DNA of 63,978 bases, filler included, from an uncultured Myxococcia bacterium (GCA_964617105.1; 15 parts of 15 records of this genome joined end to end with filler, not necessarily neighbours in it), one strand, 5' to 3'; shown: positions 9,690-20,327, counted from the whole stretch's first letter. The notes: generated from the letters alone by a model not told the origin. Made by a program: numbers and translations.

Positions 9690-10963
9690 AAAAATTAAAA
9701 GCCTATATTGTAAAAACCAACACTATTATCTCACCCTTTGGGGAAGATGTTGCCGAAAGTCTGGTAGGCTGGCAAAACCTGGCCGAAAATCGGAAAGAGA
9801 TTTTCCTAAGGTTAGGGATGGAAGCAGAGTATATCGATCCAGGCCAAACCATCTCTGATAGTAGATATTTGTTGATTTTTGATTATGTGTACGTCAGCCA
9901 AAAACTACTCAAAGATTTTCTCAATTCAAGTAAAAAAGGTGATAAAAGCCAATCTCTGGCCGTAATAAAAAATGCAGCAGTGGAATATCTTTTGCCCCTA
10001 CAGGAACTGGCGGAATACACTGCCCCGGGGCAAAAAAAACCAGCAATAATTTACGACATTTTTATGGTTTCTGGCGCTTTGCCAAAAGCGGACAACTACC
10101 TTGATCTGAGAAAACATTTACATCAAATTTGCCAACCTCAATTGGTTGCCACCAGGGAAATAACCGTTGAAGTGCGCCTCCCTACCCTGCCCGGACAACC
10201 GGCCTTTATGCTGTTTCCCATCACTTCCAGCCTGGCCTGCCATATTACCAATTGGGTACATATTCTCTGGCTCAACCACCTGATGTTTGGAGTCCGCTGG
10301 TTAGAAAGAATTTATAAGCACAAGGGCTGGACCTCTTACAAGTTGTTAGAAGCCCTGGCCATTCAGCGGAGTATAAAACCCTGGAAACTGCTGCAAAAAA
10401 TGGTGGTGATTGGCAAAGGATGCCATATCCACCCCACCGCCTACCTGGAAGCGGCCATGATTGGCGACAATGTCACTATCGGCGCTCAGGCCTGTATTCG
10501 CAACTCTTTTGTGGGACCCGGCTCTAACCTGGCGGATCACACAGTACTACTCAACTCCACCCTGGGTGCTGATTGCTGCACCATGGAAGACACCTTCTTA
10601 GTTCAGTGCGTTTCCTATCCCAGGGCGATTATTGGCAACTGGAAACTCCAGGTTTCGCTCATTGGCCGGGGGGCATATATCAATCCCTGGGCCGGCTTTA
10701 TCGATGCTATTTTCCAGGGCCATGTCAAAGTTAAGCATAATGGGGAAATAGTTTCCTCCAGGCGGGCTTTTTTGGGTAGTTGTATTGGTCACGAAGCCCA
10801 GGTGGGAGGTAAAGTCTTGATTCAGCCGGGCCGCGAAATACCCAACCACTACAGAATTGTCATGCGGCCGGACGAAGTGATAAGTTGTATTCCAACCAAT
10901 CTACCGCCGGGGGAACCTTTGCACCGTCAAAATGGGACTCTGGTACTCCATAAGAAGGATTAG
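9686..10963 (+). CDS. Hexapeptide-repeat protein with degenerate nucleotidyltransferase-like N-terminal region
   Basis: C-terminal GKGCHIHPTAYLEAAMIGDNVTIG repeats; overlaps the stop of the previous gene. Confidence 0.75.
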   Translation: MKKLKAYIVKTNTIISPFGEDVAESLVGWQNLAENRKEIFLRLGMEAEYIDPGQTISDSRYLLIFDYVYVSQKLLKDFLNSSKKGDKSQSLAVIKNAAVEYLLPLQELAEYTAPGQKKPAIIYDIFMVSGALPKADNYLDLRKHLHQICQPQLVATREITVEVRLPTLPGQPAFMLFPITSSLACHITNWVHILWLNHLMFGVRWLERIYKHKGWTSYKLLEALAIQRSIKPWKLLQKMVVIGKGCHIHPTAYLEAAMIGDNVTIGAQACIRNSFVGPGSNLADHTVLLNSTLGADCCTMEDTFLVQCVSYPRAIIGNWKLQVSLIGRGAYINPWAGFIDAIFQGHVKVKHNGEIVSSRRAFLGSCIGHEAQVGGKVLIQPGREIPNHYRIVMRPDEVISCIPTNLPPGEPLHRQNGTLVLHKKD

Positions 10964-10966
10964 GGT

Positions 10967-11743
10967 ATGAATTTTATCGGCGATTATATAAAAGGAGTAC
11001 TGTTTTTCTTCAAAGGACTCTCTCTAATCAGGAGTAACCTGGAGTTAAAACGGATTGCCTTTTGGCCGTTTTTAATCAACTGTTGCCTTTATATAGCCTA
11101 TATCATCACCGCCATTGGCAATTACCAGTTGTTTGTGCGACTCTATCACCTGGTTACACCCCCTTTTGACAAATGGTATAATATCTTTTATATCCCCTTT
11201 GGCGTTGTCGCGGTTTTTATCGGAATCTTAACCATGTTTTTCATTTTTTTCCTGGCCGCCAACCTGATATCTTCGGTGTTTAACGACAAACTGGCGCAAA
11301 AAACCCTGATTTTGCAAGGGTTCACTTTTGACCAGAAAAAAGGCGGCTTGAAAACCAATCTCCATAATGGGTTGGCGGAGATTTTATACACCCTGAAATC
11401 GGAGTTGAAACGGGGAGTTACCTTTTTAGCGGTGCTTGGCATTTTGCTGCTACTATCCCTATTGCCCGGACTAGGTGTTTTAATCTATTCGGTTGGAGGT
11501 GTGGTGGTGGGTATATTTTTCTTGGCTTTCAATTTTTTAGACTACACTTTATGTCTGGAAAAACTTTCATTTAAAGCCAAACGGGGAATTATCACCACTA
11601 ACCCATGGTTATCAGCTGGATTTGGAACTATAGTTTTCCTGCTTTTACCCATACCGATAATAAATATTATGATCCCACCGGTGGCTGTGGTGGCAGCAGC
11701 ACTAATTTATGCTGAAACCAAATCCGGGGGCCAGGAAAGATAA
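10967..11743 (+). CDS. CysZ/EI24 family membrane protein
   Basis: Multi-TM; ANLISSVFNDKLA, FLDY and GFG...IPIIN...PP..V motifs. Confidence 0.8.
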   Translation: MNFIGDYIKGVLFFFKGLSLIRSNLELKRIAFWPFLINCCLYIAYIITAIGNYQLFVRLYHLVTPPFDKWYNIFYIPFGVVAVFIGILTMFFIFFLAANLISSVFNDKLAQKTLILQGFTFDQKKGGLKTNLHNGLAEILYTLKSELKRGVTFLAVLGILLLLSLLPGLGVLIYSVGGVVVGIFFLAFNFLDYTLCLEKLSFKAKRGIITTNPWLSAGFGTIVFLLLPIPIINIMIPPVAVVAAALIYAETKSGGQER

Positions 11744-11748
11744 TAATC

Positions 11749-12324
11749 ATGGTACACTCTGGTTTTAATAACGAAAATAATTACCGGCATTTTAATGCCT
11801 GGTTGACACAATTATATCTCTATTTTCTCTTTTCCTTTTTTCTTTTATTGTCAATGACGCCAGAAGTTAAGGCGGAAAAAGGAGATGTAAAGTTAATTGC
11901 TGGCGGTGGCTACTGTGCAGTAAGAGGTCACAACAGCGCCGGACGTGGTTGGCTGGCCAGTTTTTCCGGCAGCGTGGGAGTCAGTCGCCATTTTTCTACT
12001 GAACTTAGTTGGCTGGTAACCTCTGTCCAACGGGACAAATTAGATCCTTTAAACATTTTCGGACTCTCTATGAATCTGGATTACTGGATTGACAAATCCT
12101 GGATATCCCCCTTTATCCGCATTGGAGCCGGCTTGTACCTTGACAATCTGCTTGACCATCGCCTCTCCCCCTCTTTTGGCTATAATCTTGGTTTCGGCCT
12201 GCTATCCCCTTTATCAGAAACTATTGAGGTTAAACTTATAATAGCCATTCACAATCTTTACCTGGACATAGATAATAACCTATCGTTTTTCCAGGTCACT
12301 TTGGGACCGGCAATAAAATTTTAG
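11749..12324 (+). CDS. Outer-membrane beta-barrel protein (8-strand type)
   Basis: Signal peptide, alternating beta strands, SPFIRIGAG, terminal Phe. Confidence 0.7.
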   Translation: MVHSGFNNENNYRHFNAWLTQLYLYFLFSFFLLLSMTPEVKAEKGDVKLIAGGGYCAVRGHNSAGRGWLASFSGSVGVSRHFSTELSWLVTSVQRDKLDPLNIFGLSMNLDYWIDKSWISPFIRIGAGLYLDNLLDHRLSPSFGYNLGFGLLSPLSETIEVKLIIAIHNLYLDIDNNLSFFQVTLGPAIKF

Positions 12325-12345
12325 GGTAGATAATTAATATATTTT

Positions 12346-13465
12346 ATGACCACAATAAACTTGATAAAATCCTTGTTTTTTCTGCTTATAACAGGTCTTT
12401 CTTGGCCCTGCGCTTCCGCCTCCCTCAAAATTCTGGGCACTTATCCCCAGGATTCTGAAAGTGTCCCCTTTCATAATCAGGCCGCCGGGATTACCACTGA
12501 CGGTAAAAACTGGTATTTCACCAGTAGGTGGCATATTTTTAAAATAGATCTTAAAAACAACCTGGAGGTGGATAAAAAACATCGGTACCGCCCTATTTTT
12601 AGCGATAACAGTTTATCTTTTCTTGAAAAATGGGTGAAAGTGCTGGAAAAAGAGAAAAACTATTCCCATTGGAACTCCCTTAAATCGATTCAAACTCTAT
12701 GGGATAATTATAATCATTTCGGCGACCTGGATTATTTCCAGGGAAGGCTCTATGTCAGTGTTGAATCGAAAAATAGAGGCAAAAAGTGTGACCGGGTGGT
12801 GATTTTTGATGCTCTATCTCTGCAGTTTATTGACTCCATTGACCTTAAATATAAATCCCATCCAGAATACGGATGCGGGAGTCATGGCAAGCTAATAAAA
12901 AAAGGGATATGTTGTTCCCGGGGAGATACCGGTTGGGTGGCTGTCAACCCGAAAAACCGGTTGTTATACACTTCCAGGGAATACCCGGGGCGCACCAGAC
13001 TTATAGCCTTTAAAATAAAAGAATCCTCTAAAAAACCGATAAGACCTGATAACCGGACAAAAAATAGTCAAGAAAAATCCATTATTTTGTATCCTGACTG
13101 TTTTTCATATAAATCCCCTATTTTCCTGCCTAAAGGTGAATATCCTCTAAGCAGTCTGCGGCGCCTGGCCAAAGCATCGGGTGTTCAATCTGATCTCAAT
13201 GATCTCTTTTCAGCTATATTTATTCCCCAGGGAATTATAGCCACCCTTTTTCAACATCATCATTTAAACGGACTAAAATGGCATTACCCCAAACCCGGTT
13301 ACCAATGTTTTCCCAAAGGCAAAGGTGACATACCACACAACAATCGCATCTCCTCCATTAAAGTTGAACCTAACCCCTATGAAACTTTGATACTGGAGAT
13401 GATTCATCTTCCAGAACATGACCAATGGCTGATGACCAAAAAAAGAAGGCATCTAGAATTGAGAT
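12346..13465 (+). CDS. Secreted protein with beta-propeller-like region and beta/gamma-crystallin-like domain (3' partial)
   Basis: Signal peptide; GITTDG..WYF and HFGDLDY motifs; NDLFSAIFIPQG..ATLF...NNRISSIKV Greek-key pattern. Confidence 0.5.
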
Positions 13466-13565
13466 NNNNNNNNNNNNNNNNNNNNNNNNNNNNNNNNNNN
13501 NNNNNNNNNTTAATTAATTAANNNNNNNNNNNNNNNNNNNNNNNNNNNNNNNNNNNNNNNNNNNN

Positions 13566-16199
13566 ATTTGGGCAGTATCGATTTTGTTTATAGTTGAGGT
13601 TATAATCTTTCCGGTAAGAACTTATTCCGACTATAATTTTATTTATCTAGTCGTAACTCTCATGGCCTGCTCAATTGCTGTATATGGTATTACCAGAGCA
13701 GTTTTGCATAGAAAAGAGGGATCTTTAATAGCCTTGACTGGGTTTATTATAGTTTTTTTGACGATCATAAACGATATGCTTCATAGCCAAAGCATTATCC
13801 ACACCGCCTATATTACCCAATTCGGCCTGGTGGCCTTTATCTTTGCCCAGAGTTATATGCTCTCCAAACTGTTTGCCAACACCTTCCGCCGGGCCGAGAG
13901 GCTGAATCTGGAGTTGGGCGTAGCGTACAACGAAATAGTGGAAAAAGAGCGCGCCCGCACCCTCTTTTTTCACAACACTTCCCACGAGTTGCGCACACCG
14001 CTTAACGGGATTATTGGCTTTGCCGAACTGGTATATGCCGGTCATTTTGGAGCCCTCGCCAAACCCGCTGGAGAACAAATCGGCAAGATAAAAAACCTGG
14101 CTGAATCGTTAAAATTACAGGTAAATGCAATTTTGGATTTGGCCAAGGCTAAAAAGGGAGAGATGAGCCTGGAGATCAGGCAGATAAACCTGAACCAGAT
14201 GGCCCAAGAGAGTTCAATATTGGCCCAGGGGCTGATGATGCAAAAGGAGAATGCCTCTTTTGATATTGAAACTTCCTGGCCCCAGGAACAGGAAATGTTT
14301 TTTTTCAATGACCAGGAAAAACTGCTCACCCTTTTGCGCAATCTTTTAGGCAATGCAGTTAAATTCGCCCGGCCCGATCAGCCCAATCAGGTAAAACTGA
14401 AACTGCAAATAACTGCTCACCAGGGTTTGGTGATCACGGTTTCCGACACGGGCATCGGTATTCCCAAATCGCAGTTGGAGTCTATCTTCGAAGAATTTAA
14501 ACAGGTGGAAGGTCAGGCCTCCCGCTCTTTTGAAGGTACCGGGCTGGGGCTGGCCATGGTAAAAAATATTGTGGATTTGATGGAGGGCAACATCCAGATA
14601 AGTTCAGAGGTTGACCAGGGTTCTGTTTTTACCGTCACCCTTCCGTCACAGGATCACGGGAATATTGTTGTCAAGGAAGAAATGGATGAAAAAGAGAGCG
14701 ATTATGTAGTTGCCACACCAACTGGCCAAAAAATCGAGACCGATGGAAAAACAGCGGCAGAATCAGTTGGACTTCCACAACTGGAGTCAGATAGTCCGGC
14801 GGCGGCCGAATCTCACTTGATGCCTGATCCGGACAATGCTGCTTATACCGTTCTGGTGGTGGATGATATCCAGATAAACGTAGAAGTTTTAAGCGAGCAT
14901 CTGCGGGCCCAGGGTTACAAGGTCCAGGAGGCCTATGGCGGCCGTGAAGCCTTGCAAAAAATGAGAATTAAAAAACCCGACCTGATGCTTTTGGATTTGA
15001 TGATGCCCGAAGTGTCTGGCGAGGATGTGCTCAAACAGGTGAGGGCAGATGAAAGTTTGCACGATTTGCCGGTGATCATTGTCACCGCCCGGGCCTCCCA
15101 GGATGATAGGCTGCTGGGATTGGGGATGGGGGCTGACGATTATCTGGCCAAGCCGATTATCAGCCAGGAGATGTTGCTCAGGGTAAAATCTATTTTAACC
15201 CGTCAGCAGCTAAGTCAGGCTATCGGCGCCCTGGTTAGCCAGGAGCGTTTTGCCCAACTGGGGCTGGTGATGGCCGATTTGGCTACTGAGATTAAAAAAT
15301 TGCAGAAAACCGCCCTTAGTGGTTTATCAAGTGCGCGGGAACCGTTTGAAAACCGATTAAAAAGTTTTTCGGAACTAAAACCCTTTTGGAATTCATTGAT
15401 ACCCGCTCTTTTCAACCCCATTACCCGGCCTGCCAAAGACAAACAAAATCGTCTACGCCAATTGTCGAGTCCGCTCAACATAGCCGTAGAAGATCAAGGC
15501 AGGTTGAAACTTTTAGCATCTATTTTAAGTTCTATTAAAACTAGCGATGACTTTTTAATGCAAATATGGGCAGACTTAAAACAATTGAAAGGGACACAAC
15601 TATTCACTATTGTGGAAACCTTTAAAGCTATCCGCTCTTTTGCCACTATCCAGGAAAACACCTTAATTGCCCAAAATATTCTCGAGTCCATAACCGCTCA
15701 TCAAAACTTTTCCCAGGAGGAAAGTTATAAGTTATCCGAAGTGATCAACCTGGGACTTGGCCTTTTATTTCAGCGATTCTTAAATGAACGAATCAGAGTC
15801 ATTCTGCCGGAAGAAAACCAGTTGGAGGTGGAAATTATTTGTCCTAATTTAGAACAAGTATTTGTGAATATCCTACTGGCATCCCGATATATTTTATTGT
15901 TTAAGAACTCAAATCAGCCAGAAGACCATTTGGCCGCAAAACAGATAGAAATTTCTGCCGGGTCCAGCAATGGAAAGGAAAAAGATATATTCGCTTTACA
16001 AGTGAGGTTGTTGGTCAACAATATCGCTGATCTCGAAAAAGATATATTTAGCCATACCCTGATAGATCCAGATGGTCAAGTCCAGGGACCTGGTTTGAAA
16101 AGCAGCCGGCGGCTGATGGAAAAGAGCCGGGGTTATCTAAATTTGATTCAAAAAGATGGCGCTGTTTTTGAACTGGGAATGGTAAAGGAGAAGGAATAA
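13566..16199 (+). CDS. Membrane hybrid histidine kinase (7TM-DISM-like TM, HisKA, HATPase, receiver, degenerate second kinase; 5' partial)
   Basis: SHELRTPL H-box, NAVKF, DTGIG, GTGLGL; receiver VVDD...LLDLMMP...KP. Confidence 0.92.
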   Translation: MWAVSILFIVEVIIFPVRTYSDYNFIYLVVTLMACSIAVYGITRAVLHRKEGSLIALTGFIIVFLTIINDMLHSQSIIHTAYITQFGLVAFIFAQSYMLSKLFANTFRRAERLNLELGVAYNEIVEKERARTLFFHNTSHELRTPLNGIIGFAELVYAGHFGALAKPAGEQIGKIKNLAESLKLQVNAILDLAKAKKGEMSLEIRQINLNQMAQESSILAQGLMMQKENASFDIETSWPQEQEMFFFNDQEKLLTLLRNLLGNAVKFARPDQPNQVKLKLQITAHQGLVITVSDTGIGIPKSQLESIFEEFKQVEGQASRSFEGTGLGLAMVKNIVDLMEGNIQISSEVDQGSVFTVTLPSQDHGNIVVKEEMDEKESDYVVATPTGQKIETDGKTAAESVGLPQLESDSPAAAESHLMPDPDNAAYTVLVVDDIQINVEVLSEHLRAQGYKVQEAYGGREALQKMRIKKPDLMLLDLMMPEVSGEDVLKQVRADESLHDLPVIIVTARASQDDRLLGLGMGADDYLAKPIISQEMLLRVKSILTRQQLSQAIGALVSQERFAQLGLVMADLATEIKKLQKTALSGLSSAREPFENRLKSFSELKPFWNSLIPALFNPITRPAKDKQNRLRQLSSPLNIAVEDQGRLKLLASILSSIKTSDDFLMQIWADLKQLKGTQLFTIVETFKAIRSFATIQENTLIAQNILESITAHQNFSQEESYKLSEVINLGLGLLFQRFLNERIRVILPEENQLEVEIICPNLEQVFVNILLASRYILLFKNSNQPEDHLAAKQIEISAGSSNGKEKDIFALQVRLLVNNIADLEKDIFSHTLIDPDGQVQGPGLKSSRRLMEKSRGYLNLIQKDGAVFELGMVKEKE

Positions 16200-16389
16200 A
16201 CCATCAAGTTATTCTGCTCAACCTCCTGAATTGAAATCTAGGCCCCAAATCTACTCGAACTTTTTTTTCATTTGCAATAATAGCGTATTTTTTATATGCT
16301 TGGGAGTTTCTATAAATTGGTTTTGATTTGCACCATAAATTGGCCTGTTTTTCGGAAGATAATCGATTCTTCTAAGCAATGGAGATACA

Positions 16390-17532
16390 ATGGCAAATAC
16401 AGTTATAGTCGATGGCGCGCGGTCGCCAATCGGGCGCGGGCATCCGGAAAAAGGGATTTTCAAGGATGTGCGGGCAGACGATCTGTTGGCCCATGTGGTA
16501 AAAGAGTTGGTTGAAAGAAACCAAATTGATGCCGCTCATATAAATGATATTATCGTTGGCGTAGTGGGACAGTATAACGAGCAAGGCAAAAACCTGGGCC
16601 GTCTGGTGGCCCTGCTGGCAGGCTTTCCCCCCACAGTTCCAGGCTGCACAGTCAACCGGCTCTGTGCTTCCAGCATGCAGGCGGTGGTCTACGGCGCCCT
16701 CTCAATCGATGCTGGCTTGATGGACCTGGTGGTGGCCGGCGGAGTGGAACATTTGGGGCATCATCCCATGACCGCCCACACTAACTACAACCCCCGGTTG
16801 TTTGAAAATTATCCGAAAAATTTCCCCAATATGGGCTGGACCGCAGAACTGCTGGCTGAAAAATACCAAATCAACCGTACTCAGCAGGATGCCTTTGCGG
16901 TCACCTCAAATCAGCGGGCAGTACAGGCCTTTGAAAACGGCCGAATTACGAATGAAATTATCCCCATTCCTTCTCCCAACGGGCTGATAGAAAAGGACCA
17001 GGAGCCCCGTGCCGACACCAGCCTGGAGAGCCTGGGCAGGTTAAAAACCCCCTTTATACCCGAAGGCGGCACCGTAACAGCGGGAAATGCCTCTGGGATC
17101 AGTGACGGTGCTGGAGCGGTTGTTTTGGCCTCCCCGACATACTGCAAAACCCATAACCTCAACCAACTAGGGGTTATCAAGCACTGGACCAATGTGGCCC
17201 TGAAGCCACAACTAATGGGGTGGGGACCGGTACCCGCCGTACAAAAACTGCTGGCAGACACTGGTTTGCGCAAAGAAGATATCGATTTGTGGGAGATAAA
17301 CGAGGCTTTTTCCGTCCAGATCCTGGCGGTAATGAAAGATCTCGAACTGGAGATGGAAAATGTCAATGTCAACGGCGGCGCCGTGGCCTTAGGTCATCCT
17401 CTGGGCTGCACCGGCGTCAGGCTGGTGGCTTCTCTGGCCCAGGAACTAAAACGCCGCAATGCTAAACGGGGAATCGCCACCCTTTGTGTTGGACACGGCC
17501 AGGGGATGGCCTTGTTAATTGAATCGGAGTAA
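16390..17532 (+). CDS. Acetyl-CoA C-acyltransferase (thiolase)
   Basis: NRLCASS, NEAF, GHPLG and LCVGHGQG motifs. Confidence 0.95.
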   Translation: MANTVIVDGARSPIGRGHPEKGIFKDVRADDLLAHVVKELVERNQIDAAHINDIIVGVVGQYNEQGKNLGRLVALLAGFPPTVPGCTVNRLCASSMQAVVYGALSIDAGLMDLVVAGGVEHLGHHPMTAHTNYNPRLFENYPKNFPNMGWTAELLAEKYQINRTQQDAFAVTSNQRAVQAFENGRITNEIIPIPSPNGLIEKDQEPRADTSLESLGRLKTPFIPEGGTVTAGNASGISDGAGAVVLASPTYCKTHNLNQLGVIKHWTNVALKPQLMGWGPVPAVQKLLADTGLRKEDIDLWEINEAFSVQILAVMKDLELEMENVNVNGGAVALGHPLGCTGVRLVASLAQELKRRNAKRGIATLCVGHGQGMALLIESE

Positions 17533-17560
17533 GTAACCTTTAATATATTGGGAGGAAAAT

Positions 17561-17933
17561 ATGTCTATTACAGTTAACTGTTGGCAGATGATTGAACCAA
17601 AGGCTCCTTTTAAACAGGCCCAGATAGAGGCCGAATTGGAGCCGGGGCAGGTTTTAGTTAAAGTAGCCGGCTGCGGGGTGTGCCATACTGATTTGGGATT
17701 TTTATATCACGGCGTGCGCACCAAAAAACCGATGCCCCTCACCCTGGGCCACGAGATCAGCGGCAAAGTGGTGGAGACCCATCCTGATGATACGAGTGAT
17801 TTAAAAGGAAAAAAAGTGGTGATCCCAGCGGTATTGCCCTGCGGAGAATGCCTGTTATGCAAAAGTGGCCGGGGCAATATGTGCCTTAGCCAAATAATGC
17901 CTGGCAACGATTTACACGGCGGTTTTGCCGATC
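17561..17933 (+). CDS. had: 6-hydroxycyclohex-1-ene-1-carbonyl-CoA dehydrogenase (Had/BamQ-like Zn-dependent dehydrogenase; 3' partial)
   Basis: GCGVCHTDLGFLYHGVRT..P.PLTLGHEISG, PAVLPCGEC and QIMPGNDLHGGFA are typical of Had. Confidence 0.8.
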
Positions 17934-18033
17934 NNNNNNNNNNNNNNNNNNNNNNNNNNNNNNNNNNNNNNNNNNNNTTAATTAATTAANNNNNNNNNNN
18001 NNNNNNNNNNNNNNNNNNNNNNNNNNNNNNNNN

Positions 18034-18360
18034 ATTTTTATTCGCCATGGCTATTCTTTGACCAACCAAGCCGGAGCAACTACTCTGAAATGTTCACTGA
18101 TTTCATTTAGCGAGAACGCCCTCCCCACTCATAACGCCAAGGGTGCGATTGTTACCGGAATCTACACTATCACCGCCAGGATAAAAATTTCCATAAGATT
18201 AAATAATGGAGAGAGTATTACCAATACCATAAAGAAACAGGTTTCATACAGTCAAAATAAAACCCTTTTGTTCACGGAGGGAAATCGTCAAAGAGCAATC
18301 AAAGAGGTAGCCGCCCTGGTGGCTGAAGAGATTTTTAGCAATTATCATAACCGGTTTTAG
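18034..18360 (+). CDS. lptE: LPS assembly lipoprotein LptE, C-terminal part
   Basis: Immediately upstream of holA; ends ...NRQRAIKEVAALVAEEIF...F. Confidence 0.6.
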   Translation: MFIRHGYSLTNQAGATTLKCSLISFSENALPTHNAKGAIVTGIYTITARIKISIRLNNGESITNTIKKQVSYSQNKTLLFTEGNRQRAIKEVAALVAEEIFSNYHNRF

Positions 18361-18395
18361 TGAGTTCCCGTCCGGGAACTAGTTAGAGAGTTAAA

Positions 18396-19424
18396 ATGAA
18401 TTATTTGGAATTTCACCGTCATATAAAAAATCAGGAGATGCTGCCGGTTTATCTGGTCACTGGTGAAGAGCACTTTTTGCGTAACATTGTGGTGAGTTTG
18501 TTAAAGAGTAAAATCATCAAATCAGATGATGCCCTTACCTTTGATTTTGAACAATTTTCATTTCCAGAGATCGATTTCAATCTGTTTAAACAAACTTACT
18601 ATTCACCTTCAATATTTTCAGAAAAGAAAATGGTGGTTATTTCTGCAGCTCAGATTGGTGGTTCAGCCAAAAAGAGTAAAGGTGATCAAGAGATATTAAA
18701 AAAATTGCTGGCAATCATATCAAAACCAAATCCATCATCCTGTCTAATGATAGTAGCAGATAAAGTTGATGCCCGAACCGCCTTGTACAAGCGGATAAAT
18801 AAAGCCGGGGGCCTGGTGTTTTTAAAAAAGGTAACACTTCAGCAACTGCCCAAATATATTTCATCCCTGGCTAAAAAGAAAAAAGTATCTATTTCTAAAC
18901 TAGCTATCGACCTGTTGACTGATTTCGTTGGTTCTGATTTGGCTCTTATCGATCAGGAACTGGAAAAAATATCCCTATTTATTTCCCCCAGGACCAAATT
19001 GGAAATTGAGGATCTGGAGAAACATTTAATCCGTTGGAAGGAAGATTCTGTCTTTGATATAGTTGAATTCATAGGAACGGGTCGAATCGGCCAGGCGGCT
19101 GCAATTCTAAACAACCTATTTATGGCCAATCCCAGCGATCGGAGTTTTAGCATCAAGTTTTTAGGCCTGCTATCCAGACATTTCAGACTTCTATGGATGC
19201 TTATTGATTTAAAAGGAAAAATAAGCAGCAGCCAAATGGCTTCGAGAATGAAAGTTCAACCTTTTGTGGTCGATAAATTAAGCCGCCAGGCCGGAAATTT
19301 TTCTCCCAGGATATTTCCAGAAATATTTGCTCTGCTTTTAAACACCGACAAAAATCTAAAATCAAGCGGGTTAGGAGATGAGATAATCATGGCCGATCTG
19401 CTATTCAAATTGGGCCAACTTTAG
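18396..19424 (+). CDS. holA: DNA polymerase III delta subunit
   Basis: PVYLVTGEEHFL, VGSDLALIDQELEKI and DKNLKSSG motifs. Confidence 0.92.
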   Translation: MNYLEFHRHIKNQEMLPVYLVTGEEHFLRNIVVSLLKSKIIKSDDALTFDFEQFSFPEIDFNLFKQTYYSPSIFSEKKMVVISAAQIGGSAKKSKGDQEILKKLLAIISKPNPSSCLMIVADKVDARTALYKRINKAGGLVFLKKVTLQQLPKYISSLAKKKKVSISKLAIDLLTDFVGSDLALIDQELEKISLFISPRTKLEIEDLEKHLIRWKEDSVFDIVEFIGTGRIGQAAAILNNLFMANPSDRSFSIKFLGLLSRHFRLLWMLIDLKGKISSSQMASRMKVQPFVVDKLSRQAGNFSPRIFPEIFALLLNTDKNLKSSGLGDEIIMADLLFKLGQL

Positions 19425-19442
19425 GGCTCCCTTAGAGTTTTC

Positions 19443-20327
19443 TCAATATTCATCTAAAAAATCGCGGACCAGGTCTGGATCTTTGAGAATCAAGGTGCAG
19501 GAGGAGGTTTTTTGAATAACCTTTTTTGAGGTGCTGGCATGAAAAAGTTTAGCCCCCACCGTGCGGTTATAACTACCCATTACCACCAAATCGTTGTGAG
19601 CCATCTCTGCATGACCTACAATGGCTTCGGCAGGGTCGGAAAGGAGGAAACGAATATCCTCTTTTGAAGAACTATCGTTTATTTTATCTAAAAAATCGGT
19701 CATCTTATTTTGCGCCATTTTGCGCATAATGCTCTTTGCTTTATCAAAACTTTGCCCCAATGTCCAATATCCGTCTGGTACATTGTAAGCGTTTAAAATG
19801 GTAATTGTTCCATCTTTTTCAACCACCTGCCGGGCAAATTTCAGTGCCAATTCAGAGGATTTTTCAAAATCTATTGGCACCAGTACCCGCGTGGGTTTAT
19901 CGCCGCAGTTATAACCCGTTGGCACCATTATTAAGGAACAGGGACTGTTCATAACAATGGTTTCTATCAAACGATAATGACCACCCAAATGGGCGAAATT
20001 GGGAATTCCGGTCACTACCAGATCAATCTCTTTATCTTTTATGGTCTTGATGGCTATATCTTCAATTGACCCCTGGTTTACTATACAAGTGATCTCAGAA
20101 GAAAATCCTTGAGCCCATTCTTGTAACGATTGGCAACATTTCTTGTAGTGATCTCCGAAATCTTTGTCATCTCCAAAAATCTCCACAAAAAGGTCTTTAA
20201 GCCCCTGCTGCATAACATGAAGAGCATATATATTTTCCGCTTTTGGGGCCAACATTTTTATCGCCTTTTCATCGGAATGGGGCTGAGTTGTTATATCGGT
20301 TAATATGAGGATATTTTTAAAATTCAT
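19443..20327 (-). CDS. Universal stress protein (tandem USP domains)
   Basis: NILILTD, RVLVPIDF and DLVVMGS motifs. Confidence 0.88.
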   Translation of the reverse strand: MNFKNILILTDITTQPHSDEKAIKMLAPKAENIYALHVMQQGLKDLFVEIFGDDKDFGDHYKKCCQSLQEWAQGFSSEITCIVNQGSIEDIAIKTIKDKEIDLVVTGIPNFAHLGGHYRLIETIVMNSPCSLIMVPTGYNCGDKPTRVLVPIDFEKSSELALKFARQVVEKDGTITILNAYNVPDGYWTLGQSFDKAKSIMRKMAQNKMTDFLDKINDSSSKEDIRFLLSDPAEAIVGHAEMAHNDLVVMGSYNRTVGAKLFHASTSKKVIQKTSSCTLILKDPDLVRDFLDEY

